Source: Eremomyces bilateralis CBS 781.70
Taxonomy: Eukaryota
Assembly (NCBI GenBank): GCA_010015585.1
Contig: ML975159.1
DNA length: 64,000 nt
Reading direction: 5' to 3' (one strand)
Of this stretch, positions 51,791 to 64,000 are shown one piece after another. The notes beneath the pieces were generated by a model. It was not told where the DNA came from. It ran no database searches and saw only the letters and a list, made by a program, of their open reading frames with translations. The first letter of the stretch is position 1; every line of letters begins with the position of its first letter. A program made the translations under genes and the position numbers.

Positions 51791-52128
51791 CTGAACAGAG
51801 CACTGGTAGATGGGGTTGTCGATGAATCTTGCGAACGGCAATACAAAAGTTGGTGCGCGCAAGACGGGACGGCAGAGACAATGAGAAGGCGTAATGGTAA
51901 AGGTCTCTTGGTGTGTAGAGAATCAATTCTACCGTGCGGATAACATGCGCTGAACTTTCATGAGAGCAAGTCGCATTGCTTCTCATTCCGTCAACTTGCA
52001 TCTACTCAAAAACGGGAGCTTGTACAGCAGCACGGCAACATTCCATTGCCAGTTATGTATCCCGTATCCCGCAGAAAACCCATCCCAGAATCCAATAGCC
52101 AACCCACCGACTCCACCAAACCTCATAA

Positions 52129-55100
52129 TCACATAACCACACACTTCTCCGCCCTCTCCTCCCCAGCCTCCACCCCACTCGTCCGCCTCCCCGGCCTCCC
52201 CCCATGTACCCCCGACGTCCGTCTCGCCGGCCTCCCCCCCATCTGCGGCGCAGGCCCCATCCCAGGTCCACTCCCCATCCCCACCCCACCCGGCGGATAC
52301 CCACTCCCAGGCCCATATCCACTCCCGGGCCCATACCCACTCTGCGGCGCCATCCCACCCCCTTGCTGCCTATACGGCCCCTGCCCCATCTCGCTCGACA
52401 CCACCGGCGCCAACGGACTACTCGGATGATCCATCGGTGGAACGTACGGCTGACTCCGACTCGCCTGCTCGTAGCTCGGCGGCGGCGCCTCTCCGCCCCC
52501 GCTGCCAGCACCACCTCCATTGTCATTTCTATTCCCATTGCCATTCCCCGCACCCCGCCCTGTTCCCTCCGTCGTCCTGACGTTTAGATTCCCCGACCCA
52601 CCCGGGGCCCCACCCCCGCGTAGCCGCGGCGGAATCAGTGGCCTCACCTCGTTCGCCGTGCCCGCGCCGCGGCCCGCCTGCCCCCGTCCCTGCCCCTGTC
52701 CCTGCCCCTGCCCCTGCCCTTGCGCCCCCGAGCTGTCCTGTGAAAGGAACTGCGCGGAGAGCTCGTCCTCGCGCTTGCGCTGCGCCAATTCGCGGCGATG
52801 GCGGTCTTCTTCTTCTTCCTGGAGCTGGAGGGCAAGGGCGAGGTCGTGGTCTTCTTGCTCGGTGCGCTGGCGGGCGGCGGCGGCGGTGGCGTCGCCGAGG
52901 TCGTCGGGGGGTTGGGTGGAGGGGGGAGCGGAGGATTGAGTGGGGAGGGTGGAGGAGTGCTTGGAGCGTCGCTTGCTGTCCGTGACGGTCTCCCAGCCGT
53001 CTCCGTCGGTGGGATCGATGTCTATCAAGTTGCGGACGGGGTGGGAGGGGTTGCTGGCTGCAGCGGGTTGTTTCCCGCGGCTGATTTCGCCGCTTTCGTG
53101 GCGTTCCATGTTGCCGACGACGCGGAAGTCGCCGGCGAAGAGCTCGGAGTCGCGGCCTTTTACGTCCACGAGGCTTTCCCAGACGACCTCTTCGTGGCTG
53201 GCGTAGCCGGCGTCGGTGACGATGGTGAGGAGCATGCCGGAGGAAGGTTCTTTGTAGAGGGTGTTGAAGTGGTCGTTGCGGAAGAGGATGGCAATTTCGC
53301 CGGGACGCATACGTTTTACCATGGTGATGAGACCGGTGTCGGTGAGTTGGGTTGGCCAGCGACCAAGGAAATCTTTGATGAGAGAGAGGTCGTCGAAAAG
53401 GGCCTGCTCCTCCTCTGAGAGGGTAGCGCCGGAGCCGAGTCTCTGGAGCAATTCCTCTTCATGGAATTGGATGTTCTGGGCATCTTCGTAAGTTTGAGCG
53501 CTGCGTTCGAAGGACACCGATGCTCTCGACCCCGGAATCGGCAACCAGCCGTGAATCAGAGGGATGTTAAAGGTGGAGTACAGTTTCATCTCCCGGGTCG
53601 ACTCGAAGGTTCCAAGAGGGGCGGATGAAAGGGATCTTCGGAAGAGGGGGTGGATATCCGGGTCCTCTTCAAGGGGTTGGGTGCGGTTGGCGCCATTGGG
53701 GTTCGAAGAGGCTGGAACGAAGCGGGGATTGACATTCATGCCGGTGTGAAGTGTTACGAGGAAGCTGTATAGCTCGCCAACATCGGGAAGTCCCTGAGCT
53801 GCGCCACCTCGCCGTCCTGACATCAGCTCATCAAAAACAGCGTCCAGAAGTAAGCCGAGCGAAACCTGCTCTCTTGGTCGTAGTACTTCAATCAGGGCAG
53901 TGTTCTCCTCTGCCGGAGTTGACAGCACTAGAGCGTTGACAAGAGCCAATAGCGGACATGGACCGTTTAGGTTTTGAATCAGAATGGGCGATACCCTGAG
54001 TTTGCCTCGTCCACTGTCGGCGGTCGAGTCAAACCAACGGATATTCTTGATTGCATAGTGCTCTTTCCGCTGACGAGAAGTACCGGTAGCGGATAATGGA
54101 CTAGATGTCTGCGGTCGAACAGGCTTCGCGGGTGGCGCTTCTGACGGGACATCTGCAGGTCTCAGCGGCTGTGGCGGAGGATATTCGGCTTGGATAGCAG
54201 GGGGGGGTGGCTGAGGAGGAGGGAACCCATGTTGTTGCTCGGGTCGTGGAAGTTGAGGCGGCTGATCATTTAGCGTTAGATTTTGCATCGGACCAGTTGT
54301 GATGTCAGTATGCCATTCTTGTTCGGCTCGCTGTTGCTGCTCTTCCAACGCGGCACGTTCGGCTGCTGCATGGGCGTCTCGTTCGCGCTTCATCCTTTGA
54401 CTCTGTTCCCACTCCTGCTGTTCCTGCCAAGATCGTTGATGTGCAACGGGGGAGCTTGGGCTGGGCAATCCGCGACCCCTTGAGGAGGCAGCGTCAAGGC
54501 CGGAGATGTCCATGCCGGGGTGAAAAGGGCTTGATGGTTCGGATCCATGACGGCCGATGCCAGGAGACGCATCTTGCGAGGATACGGGTATCAAAGGCGG
54601 CTGCTCCAATGTAGGGGAGTTGGTGGCGGGTGGAGGAAGGGGAGGAGCTCGTTGCGGTGGGCCGTCGATAGGCGATTTTTCCGAAGGTAGCTCAACTGGA
54701 GCTTGGAATTGCTGGGGTAAGGAGGAGTGAAATGGGTTCGTGCTCGTCTGGGGCACGGATGCCCATACGGCGGACGTGTTCTCCTCGCCGTATGAGGGGG
54801 AGACAGTCGTCGGATGATTGTTCTGTTGGATGTTGAGGAAGGGATTATGAGATTGTGGCTTCGCAGCATCTTGTCCGGAGATATTCGTATGTTCCACCGT
54901 TTCCCAACCTGGCGACAATGCAGCATTGTCTGATCGTAGACTTTCCTGCGATCGTTGCGGAAGTCCGCCAGGCGGTCCAGCTCGCAGGGTTGCGGGCACC
55001 TTTCTCAGCTCTTCCTGCTCCGACTCTCGTGAGGTTGGTCGATTGCCGATCTGCAGTGCGGCTGGGATTTCGTGCTTGGGCTTGCGCTGTCCCTCGTCGG

Positions 55101-55281
55101 CACTCTCCCAGTCCGAATTGGTAGGAGAATTCCATTCATCGTCATCCTCGTCAGATTCATCATGCGGTGGGGGTGGTACCGATGGAGGAGTTTCGGTCGC
55201 TGGTGTAACTGGGTATGGCGCCGTGTTCACCGGCTGTCCCTGACCAGGCTGTCCTGGATTGACCGGCTTGCGGGTCACCAT
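52129..55281 (-). CDS. MINDY-family K48 deubiquitinase (Miy1/DUF544-like)
   Basis: Catalytic Cys motif QNLNGPCPLLA and His motif LFRNDHF. MIU-like EDHDLALALQLQEEE, a PPPSY motif and a C-terminal CaaX (CVVM). Confidence 0.9.
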   Translation of the reverse strand: MVTRKPVNPGQPGQGQPVNTAPYPVTPATETPPSVPPPPHDESDEDDDEWNSPTNSDWESADEGQRKPKHEIPAALQIGNRPTSRESEQEELRKVPATLRAGPPGGLPQRSQESLRSDNAALSPGWETVEHTNISGQDAAKPQSHNPFLNIQQNNHPTTVSPSYGEENTSAVWASVPQTSTNPFHSSLPQQFQAPVELPSEKSPIDGPPQRAPPLPPPATNSPTLEQPPLIPVSSQDASPGIGRHGSEPSSPFHPGMDISGLDAASSRGRGLPSPSSPVAHQRSWQEQQEWEQSQRMKRERDAHAAAERAALEEQQQRAEQEWHTDITTGPMQNLTLNDQPPQLPRPEQQHGFPPPQPPPPAIQAEYPPPQPLRPADVPSEAPPAKPVRPQTSSPLSATGTSRQRKEHYAIKNIRWFDSTADSGRGKLRVSPILIQNLNGPCPLLALVNALVLSTPAEENTALIEVLRPREQVSLGLLLDAVFDELMSGRRGGAAQGLPDVGELYSFLVTLHTGMNVNPRFVPASSNPNGANRTQPLEEDPDIHPLFRRSLSSAPLGTFESTREMKLYSTFNIPLIHGWLPIPGSRASVSFERSAQTYEDAQNIQFHEEELLQRLGSGATLSEEEQALFDDLSLIKDFLGRWPTQLTDTGLITMVKRMRPGEIAILFRNDHFNTLYKEPSSGMLLTIVTDAGYASHEEVVWESLVDVKGRDSELFAGDFRVVGNMERHESGEISRGKQPAAASNPSHPVRNLIDIDPTDGDGWETVTDSKRRSKHSSTLPTQSSAPPSTQPPDDLGDATAAAARQRTEQEDHDLALALQLQEEEEDRHRRELAQRKREDELSAQFLSQDSSGAQGQGQGQGQGQGRGQAGRGAGTANEVRPLIPPRLRGGGAPGGSGNLNVRTTEGTGRGAGNGNGNRNDNGGGAGSGGGEAPPPSYEQASRSQPYVPPMDHPSSPLAPVVSSEMGQGPYRQQGGGMAPQSGYGPGSGYGPGSGYPPGGVGMGSGPGMGPAPQMGGRPARRTSGVHGGRPGRRTSGVEAGEERAEKCVVM

Positions 55282-55934
55282 CTTCGCTGAATATCTTTCG
55301 TGAGCGCTTCCGGGGTCACGATAGGGAGTGAAGGATAGCACAAGAGGGAGCAAGTCGAAGGTCGCATTGGGATTATGGAGATATACGATAGACTCGGTTG
55401 CGTAGCCTTGGGGGTAGACGTAGTCTCTATACTATATATGGGCTGAGGAGGATACGAGGCTCAATACCAGATGAATGCAGGGTAGGTTACGTATGTTAGG
55501 GAGTGGAGAGAGGCAAAGAGACGCAATGAGGAGGAAGGATGATAGGCACTCGATCATTCATAGGTGATCATTCGTAGATGATGGTCGGTGCTTGTCAAGG
55601 TTGATTGCTTCATTTGCTTGGACAAGGCGGACATGACGACGCTCTCAGCCTGGAGTAAACGCCACACTGAACGCCACATTATTAGCGCCACACTTGAACC
55701 GCCAAAACTCGTCATCAGCCACACTAGAGGCTCTTCCGGGTAGTTTTATATGAAGGCGAATCGGGGGGCCTGGAATTATTTATTATGGATCAATCACATA
55801 CTCCCAAGTCCCAATTGCTCCGAAAGAGAAGGATACGCCCGATAGATATATCGAGCGAATGGTCTGCTCATAAATCCTCGTATACGTAAATCCAATTCAG
55901 CTTCGATAGACCCAAAGTGGGGGAAGCGGCATCA

Positions 55935-57870
55935 ATGAACTCATGCATTGAGCCGGATACTTATGTGATCCTTCGCTTGCCCTCAGAACAGTTGAGGATA
56001 GTGGAGGTGAAGCCTGACACGTACGTTGATTGTTTATAACCTCGTTCAAATATATACCTGGTTATGGTTGCTGATAAATAAGGCTTATAGACTCATCACC
56101 ATCCCTAAACTCGGGTCCTTTCCCACCAATCTCATTATCGGACGACCCTTCCACTTCACATACGAGCTCCATGAACGGAGACCAGATGAACCCTTCTCAC
56201 GACTACGGGTAGTCCCCGCCAACGAACTCCATGGCGACGCGCTCTCCAGCCGTGACGATGCGCCCGACGGTGTCGACGATGGTTCCGACGAACCTGAAAC
56301 GGGCGCGCAGTTCGACATCGTCGCTGATGACGGATCGGTGCTCATGCGCAACAACCGATTGACGGTAGACGACGCCTCGCGCCAGCACCTCACACACGAG
56401 GAGATCGAAGAGCTCAAAAAAGTCGGCACGGGATCCGGGATCGAGCTGATCAAGACGATCATGGCGTCGCATGCGGCGCTGGGGGAGAAGACGGAGTTCT
56501 CGCTGGCGAAGTACACGCTGCGGAAGTCGCGGAAGTATCTGAAGCGGTTTACGATCTTGCCGTTGGACGTGACGAATTTGGCGGAGAGTATTTTGGAGCG
56601 GGAGGCACCGAAGATTATGGAGTTGAGGGAGGAGACGGTGGCGTTGGCGTGTGCGTGGTCAAATGCGCATTGGAGCGAGGGGACGGGGGAGGAGATGACG
56701 GGGAGGTGGCTGGTCATTGACGACTCGGGTGGGTTAGTGGTCGCGGCGTTGGCGGAGCGAATGGGGATTCTCTATGAAGACAAGACCGTGGAACTTGAGG
56801 ATGGAGATGACGGAGCGCCAAACGAAGCAGACGCAAACCCGGACTACACCGCAGATACTACCAGGGGCACCGAACCCAACGAACAACAACCAAACGAAGC
56901 CAACCCCGCCGGCGAAACTCCCAACGGTCATTCCACCCCGCGCAAACCTCCTCGCCCCCGACCCGACGGCCTCCCCCTCAACCGCAGCCACCCCGCCGCC
57001 ATGTCTGCCACCACTAACACCCTCACCCTCCTCCACCCCAACCACCAACCCAACATCGGCCTCCTCCAATACTTCGGCTACGACAACTCCGCCCCCGTCT
57101 CCTCTCATCCGCTCTACACCCACCTCCGCACCGTCTCCTGGCTGCAACTCCTCCATCCGTCCGAGGACCCCACCTACATCGAACCTGACGTCGTGAGCGA
57201 GGACACCCTCGCCGCGATGAAGAGCGGGAAGCGCGGGAATTACTACCGGAAGCGGAGGCGCTGGCAGCGGGTGAAGGCTGTGGTGGACGAGACGCGCGGG
57301 GGCGGGTTCGATGGGCTGGTGGTCGCGAGCTTCACGGATCCGAAAGAGATCTTGAAGCATACGGTCCCGTTGCTGAGCGGAGGCGCGAAGGTGGTCATGT
57401 ACAGCCCAAACGTAGAGCCGCTGACGGAGGTGGTGGATTTATACAGCAAGGAGCGAAAAGCCGCGTACCTGGAATTGAAGAGGGAGCCGGAGACCAAGAC
57501 GACGCAAAACGGTGGGCATCCAGAGTCGCACGATGATGATGCGGAGAAGGAAATGGACGCCGACTTCCCCGTGGACCCAATGTTGCTGTTGGCGCCGACG
57601 CTGCAGACGGTGCGGGTGAGAGACTGGCAGGTTTTACCTGGACGAACGCATCCGATGATGACGTCGCGCGGCGGAGCGGAGGGATACGTACTCACGGCTA
57701 CACGGGTCATCCCGCACTCTGGCGCGGTGGAGGCGAGAGGGAATGCGTCCAAGAGACGGAAGACGGAAGCGTCGGCGGGGCCGTCGGAGGTGGATTCGGA
57801 CGCGGGGATTGAGGCACGGGCGAAACGGGGGAAGCTGGAAACGGGTTCGGAAATGGAGGTGGAGGTATAG
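55935..57870 (+). CDS. TRM6: tRNA m1A58 methyltransferase non-catalytic subunit
   Basis: Exons 55935-56020 and 56091-57870. Motifs KTEFSLAKY..RK..KY and WQVLPGRTHPMMTSRGGAEGY (Gcd10 family). Confidence 0.92.
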
Positions 57871-58000
57871 ATGGGGAGCGGAGTCACGGTGGTCGGCGAT
57901 AGAATAGACTTAAAAAAAAAAAGGCGACACAAGTAGTAAGCCCCGTAAACGTTCGAATGCCAATACATATTCATTGAACCTCATCAACAGCTATCGTCGC

Positions 58001-58838
58001 TCAGAGCGATTTCCCCATAAACTTCCGTTTCGTGAAACTCAACCACCACTATCATTAGGTCAGCAACTCTCCTTCAATCTCGCGTACGGCCTGCCTACCT
58101 TTGACGGCGTATCTCCGTCAGCGTATACCTTCGCTAGTAACCTCACCGCAAGCTCTTGTCGCATCTGTGAGATATACTGCCGTAGCACCTCCGCCTCGTT
58201 GCGATCTCGTGGCGGTTCGAAGGCTTGGTTTAGCGGGAAGCTGGCGTCGCCTGGGATGGAGAAGTTGGTGTCGAGGGCGGTGTTCATGACCGACTGTTGG
58301 ATATATCCGTCAGCATTTCTCGTCCTCTCCCTTCTCTCCAAACCAAATCCCCTCGCCCATCAATCCCCAGAAGCCCATCCAACTCAACAAAACAGAAACA
58401 GAACCAGTACCCACCTTCTCCGCTTCCCGCCGACTCATCCCCGACCTGATCTTCCCCAGCGCCTCGCTCACGAACAGAATCCCATAAATCAGCACCCGGT
58501 CCGCGGGCCCCTTGATCTCGAAGTTGCGGAAGAACGTGTTCGCGCGGAAAAGCGAGAGGATCTCGTCGAGCGGGTCGTAGGACTCGTGGGAGGCGTCCAC
58601 TTCGGTGACGTTCGGGGGGAGGGCGGGGAGCTGGAGGGCGGGACCGCGGGTGCGAGTGCGGAGGGGGAGGAGGGCGAAGTTGCCTGGAGGGTTAGTAGGA
58701 AGGGGGGAGAAAGGGGAAGGGCCTACCGATGAGCTGTTGGTTCGGCTCGTCGAGGAAGACGGAGTGATAGGCCTGGTAGATGGGTTAGATTCGGGGGTTC
58801 GGGGAGAAATGGGAGAAATGGGAGGGTCGTACAGGCAT
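58001..58838 (-). CDS. ARC18: Arp2/3 complex 21-kDa subunit (ARPC3)
   Basis: Five exons: MP|AYHSVFL..|NFALLPLRTRTRGPA..FRANTFFRNFEIKGPADR..|FSIPGD..|WWLSFTKRKFMGKSL*. Confidence 0.95.
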
Positions 58839-59055
58839 TGTGAGGATGTTTATATCATGGGCAGACTAGATTTCCACATACGAAGTCCACAACCAGTCTG
58901 TGGTTTGGTGTAGTAGGTAGAATAGCTTCAATATCAAGACGACAGTGCTCCGTCCAGTTCGTGGGGCGCTGCTGTCGTTGCAGCCACAGCAGCTAAGGGC
59001 AACGTCAGTGTCAGCACGTGACTTGGATAGGACCTGACTCGTGAAATTCCACTAA

Positions 59056-59081
59056 ACGCGTGTTGCGCGACTCAGACGCGT
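59056..59081. promoter_or_regulatory. Paired MCB (MluI cell-cycle box) elements upstream of RFC3
   Basis: ACGCGT at 59056-59061 and 59076-59081, about 130-155 bp upstream of a DNA-replication gene. Confidence 0.65.
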
Positions 59082-59211
59082 CAACGACATGGACATCGAC
59101 GACAACCTCACCGCGAGCGTTTAAGATGAACTGATTCCCGATGAGCTGATGCTCAAGCCAGAGAACAATTGATTAATACCTTCAAATTGCCAAGATCCCA
59201 CTACAGCCACA

Positions 59212-60430
59212 ATGTCGGACATCGATGAAGTCCACATGGACATCGACGCCGCGCCCGGTGCGCAATCCATCACATTCTCCTCCGAGACGAAAGGCAAAAG
59301 AAGCGCAGCCAACCTTCCAGTCGAGGCAGAAGATACTCTTCCATGGGTTGAAAAATATCGACCGAAGACGCTAGATGATGTCTCAGGCCACCAGGATATC
59401 CTGGCGACCATCAATCGCTTCGTCGAAAAGAATCGACTCCCGCATCTCCTACTATATGGGCCACCGGGGACGGGGAAGACGTCGACCGTGTTGGCCCTGG
59501 CGCGGAAGATATATGGCAGTAAGAACATGCGGCAAATGGTACTGGAGCTGAATGCCAGTGATGATCGAGGTATCAACGTCGTCCGGTATGCTTGAATCGA
59601 CACCTCCGGTCATCCTCATGTCTAACGTATCCAGGGAACAAATCAAGACCTTCAGCAGCACCAAGCAGATCTTCACCGCCGCCCCCCAACCCGGCGATTC
59701 CTCCCTCGCCTCCTTCAAACTCATCATCCTCGACGAAGCCGATGCCATGACCGCCACCGCCCAAATGGCCCTCCGCCGAATCATGGAGAAATACACCGCC
59801 AACACCCGCTTCTGCATCATCGCCAACTACACCCACAAGCTCTCCCCCGCCCTCCTCTCCCGCTGCACCCGCTTCCGCTTCAGCCCCCTGAAAGACCTCG
59901 ATATCCACCGCCTCATCGACCGCGTCGTCGTCGAGGAAAATGTCCAGATCGACCCCGCCGCCGTTGAGAGTCTCGTCAAGCTCAGCAAGGGCGACATGCG
60001 CCGGGCCCTAAACGTTCTGCAAGCGTGCCATGCGAGCAGCACGCCGTTGCGTGCACCGGGGGAGCCCGCGCCGGACCCGACAACGATCCGGCGGGACACG
60101 ATCACCGAGACGACGATTTACGACTGCATCGCGTCGCCGCATCCGGAGGACATCGTGCGCATCGGAGACACGCTGCTGAACAACGTGGACGTGACGGGGT
60201 GCTTACAGACGATCAATGCGATCAAGGTCGCAAAGGGGTTGGCGTTGGCGGATATCTTGACCGCGTTGTCGGAGCACTTGATGGGGGCGGGCGTGCCGGC
60301 ACAGACGCGGGTGACGTGGATGGAGGGGTTGGCGGATATTGAACATCGGTTGAGTGGAGGGGGGAGTGAGATGATTCAAACGGGGGCGATGGTGGGAATC
60401 ATCAGGAAAGGGGCAGAAATGGCAGGGTAG
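59212..60430 (+). CDS. RFC3: Replication factor C small subunit (yeast Rfc3 / human RFC5 type)
   Basis: Motifs [37 protein letters not shown] and SRC. Intron at 59586-59634. Confidence 0.93.
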
Positions 60431-61321
60431 GCGATGCCTATACCGGTAGAGTGAGTGAGTGAGAGGGTGAGTTGGAGTCTCTTAGCCCGATTAGAGAACT
60501 GAATGATATGTTAATGTCCTGTAAAAAATAATGCCACACCGCCGGTTCGAACCCGCGTCCTCCCCTGAACTATTTCTTCCTCCCTCAAGCTCTATCTTGC
60601 CCACCCGAGCCGCTTCCACCATCAACCACCATTGGTACCTCCAGTCCAGTAGCAAAAGTGCAAAAACTTACCCACCTTCTTGGGTGAGTGTAGAAAGTCA
60701 ACTATCTCGCAGGTCCCAGGTGTCTGTTCCATGGGACTAGTATCATTTTTTCAGCTGTACTTGATCCACGTCAGTCGTGAAACCAACTTGACCATTTCCG
60801 CTGGGAGTTAAATTGGCAGGTTTAAATATATACTACATTTTCACCTTATCTCCGCATGCGATTGATTCATCCTTCAACCACTGGACCTTGGACACTCATG
60901 ATAGATTCTACACGCGCAGTAAGTCATGGACATGACCAAGGCACAAGCAAATTCCCTTGCTGGCTAGTAGGTCTCCGGTGGTATGTTCAGCAAACCAGTG
61001 TCGTCCACCTGGATGGCGACTAAGGTAGACGTGGAAATATCGCGAGCTCTACATCCTGCGCATGAGTTGGTAAGCAAGAGAAAGGCTTCAGAAAGATAGT
61101 ACGCTTAAAGGAGATTGATGAAATATAGCCCTAATAATGTGTAGGAGGCGACTAGGTGCTTTACCCGCAGATAGGAAGGTAGGTACTATCTTGATAAACC
61201 AAATCTGGCCCTAAACCCAATCCCCAGAATGGAAGTTCGTCATGGCCATCTTCCGCTAATTTTCCGACCAGCAATAGCCAAGAATGATACAATGGGTATC
61301 TTCAACTGCGCCAAGACTCAC

Positions 61322-64000
61322 TCATCTCACGTATCCACCGCATCCCAAGTTCCTCCAATGCCGTACCGGTCGCGTATCCTCCAGCTCCACACACCACCAC
61401 AGCACCTCCTTCGCCTTCCCAATCTGACCGCCCGCCTCATACGCCCTTGCTAACGCAAACCACGCCTCGGAGCAATCCCACCCCGACCCAAGCTTCGTGA
61501 GCGACGCCAATAGCCCATACGCACGGTCCCGCGAAGCGAGACGATGCAGTTCCTTCGGTGAAGTCGGAGCCGGTTCGGGGATCTCGAGCGGTGGAGTCGA
61601 TTCCTTGGAGGTTTCCAGCTTGGGTGTCGTTGGGAGGATCAAGGATTTCGCGAGCAATTGGGGGAGCGCATCTGGCGAGTTTTCTGGGGGCTCGGGGGGG
61701 ATTTTCTCGTCGTAGATGTCGAGGAGGAGCTCGGAGAGACCGATGATGGCGAAGCTGTGGTTGGGCCAGTAGGTGAGGGCTTTTTCGTAGCAGAGCTGGG
61801 CTGCGAAGGGGGAAGCTTGGGTTTGGGCCATGGTACCGCGCTAATGGATGGGATATTAGCATTCATGGTTAGAGAGAGATGTGAGGGGCGGTGACTTACC
61901 TCTGCCCATACGTCTCCCCAAAGCTCATCTATGCTTTTCGAACAGCTCCAACTCCTGTTCGCTAGCGCTCTGGCACTGGTGTTTTGGTTCACGGTCTCGA
62001 ATTCGAGTCGCTCAACTAGCGTGGCAGCCTCGTCGGTGGCGCCTTTGGCTTCGCTGTACATGCCAGCACGGCTGTACATGCCGGCAACGAATAGCCAAAT
62101 TTGAACGAGCAGAGCGGTTTTATACCGCTTTTCTTGGGCCTGAGGGTATCTTGGCTGTGGTTCGTGCCCGTTAGAACCCGGGAGTTGTGCAGGTAACCGA
62201 GTATCCTGCCTGGGGGGGTTGTCTAGGTGCCCGACTGGGGCTGGGGCTTGATCGGGGGCGATATTGTGACCGATAGCAGGGAGGATGCCGGCTTTGGACT
62301 CGCGGTGGTGGGGCCCATCCGTCGGAAGCGGCTCATCTGAGCCTTCGTGGGGCTTGTGGTTCTCGAAAATGGAAGAGGCGCCGGAAGTGCTGGGTCGACC
62401 CTTTACCGAACCCTCTCGACTTGGCGGATGTTTCTTATGTAGCTTAGCACTTGCCGACCGCTTCACGGCCGCTGCTTGAGATGCTTTACGTCCCATGCTC
62501 TGTCGCCGCTCTGGCGTTCCATCGTCCCCAGTGACTTGAATAGTGGGCGTCATGGTGACCTGCGTCATTCGAGTTCGCTGTGTTGCGCTTGTACCTGGCC
62601 TTGACTCTGTGATACTGTCCGATGGAGCGGAAATGGGAGAGGCGGTTTTCGGCCTTCGGAAGCTTTTGCGGCTGAATATGCTTCCTTTCACCGTCCCATT
62701 AGCACTTGGCGGCGGTGCCAACCCGTTTGACGGCTTGATGGTGTCCGCATCTGGGTTCCCGAAGAGTCTGGCGTAGAGAGCGAAGAGTTCTCCAGTAGAT
62801 TCCACAGCAACGTCTGAGCCTTCAATAGTCTCGAGCAAAGCAATCTGTGTCATCTTGATCTGCAATATCCCTTCTTTTTCAAAGCCATTCATATCATCAG
62901 CGATCCCTTTCGTTGCAGCTTTAAGATCCATTTCCGAATCTGTACTGGCTCGCATACCCGCTTCTGATCGACCGAAGAGTACAACCGTATCGTGGAATTG
63001 ATCAAATGCCGCCTCACAAGCTTTAGCTGCAACTGCGTAATCCGAGCGAGAGGATAACGCCAGGGCCAGTAAATGCCACAATGGCATCAACTGCCTTTCT
63101 CGCTGAAACATTGACGAACTTGGGCCTTGAGGGTATACCGAAGGGGTTTCCCCGTGGTGAACAGGCGCGAGGGCTTGTTTGGCCACCTTGATCGCATTCG
63201 GGAGATCCCGCATCTCCGCCATTTGGAAGGCCAAGGAGTATAGATACTCTATAGTCTTTGGTTTTCCAAACCGAGGATCAACAGCATTCCGGAAACTCTG
63301 GATTGCCTTCGCTTGGAGCCCGGCCCGTGCAGCGACGTCATAGGTCCAGCGCGCCCAATTCGACCTGCTGATGCCAATGGCGTGGTGAGCAAGAGAAACG
63401 AATTCTGGAGAGACTTTCGGATCGAGTTGGTGCTCAGTTTGTATGCTACCCTTCGACAGACGCCGGATCGGTACAAGCACATGGGATTTCAGCCACCTCT
63501 CAAATTCGTCACAGATCTTTTCGGCTCTTTCGGCTTCCTCGAAGGATCCGTACCGACACAAGAGCTTGATAGTCTCAGCATTGGTCCATATGAACGCATC
63601 AGGCCCATCAAGGGACGGATCCTCTTCCCCAGAATTCTCGTCTCGTTCTCTCCCTCTTTTTATGATCTCCGAGTAGGAATCAAATGCTTTCATTGCCAGG
63701 TCGAACTCGGTTAAATATGAATGGACCGTAAAAAGATGTCGGAGTATTTGAGGGCTGTGGAACGTTTTGGTCGCCGCACGGTAAAGGATGTCGAGTACTC
63801 CGCGTGCGATGGCCTCCTTTCCACCGGCGCCAAGTTCTTCGTCCTGCCATGATGGGCCACAGAGGATGCGCCAATTATCCACAACAGCCTCCACCCACAT
63901 TTCCACGTCCGAATTCCGTTCGTTGGCTTTGGGAAAGGTTGTGCTCTCCAAGATGAGCTTCTCGTTCGCCGTTTCAACACTCTTCAGTTCCGCCCTTTGT
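61322..64000 (-). CDS. YPP1: TPR-repeat Ypp1/TTC7-like PI4-kinase scaffold; 5' part lies outside the window
   Basis: Long helical-repeat ORF with an intron at 61899-61841. C-terminus SEAWFALARAYE..AKEVLWWCVELEDTRPVR. Confidence 0.75.

Noticed and set aside
60480..60640. tRNA gene
   Set aside because: The T-stem and acceptor stem do not pair on either strand.
10000..64000. Many long antisense or overlapping ORFs over GC-rich genes
   Set aside because: Explained by codon bias of the real genes on the other strand or frame.

Overview
Eukaryotic DNA from a filamentous ascomycete (Pezizomycotina), judged from short GT..AG introns with CTAAC/CTGAC branch points, RIP-like CAG>TAG changes and the gene content. 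The window has two compartments. (1) About 1-9.6 kb is an accessory, TE-scarred, immunity-like island. It holds the 3' end of an ankyrin-repeat gene, a solo LTR with a 5-bp TSD, a pogo/Tigger-like MITE and a head-to-head pair of intact paralogous HNH-nuclease genes. It also holds a hidden spliced Cys/His microprotein ORF, a Tad-like LINE fragment nested in a piggyBac transposase relic with a 13-bp TSD, and two truncated HET-domain genes. (2) About 10-64 kb is mostly core genes: a Yip1-family protein, RIT1, a sucrose/alpha-glucoside permease, AP-2 mu, an AZF1-like C2H2 factor with about 8 kb of upstream non-coding DNA, NOG1, URA5, ATP19, MTFP1, KRE9, a Pcl cyclin, TIM8, a PL3 pectate lyase, a GPI-anchored Gly/Ser/Pro protein, a MINDY deubiquitinase, TRM6, ARC18, RFC3 and a Ypp1-like TPR protein, plus a few unassigned ORFs. 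All exon boundaries and family assignments were made by eye; no database searches were run.
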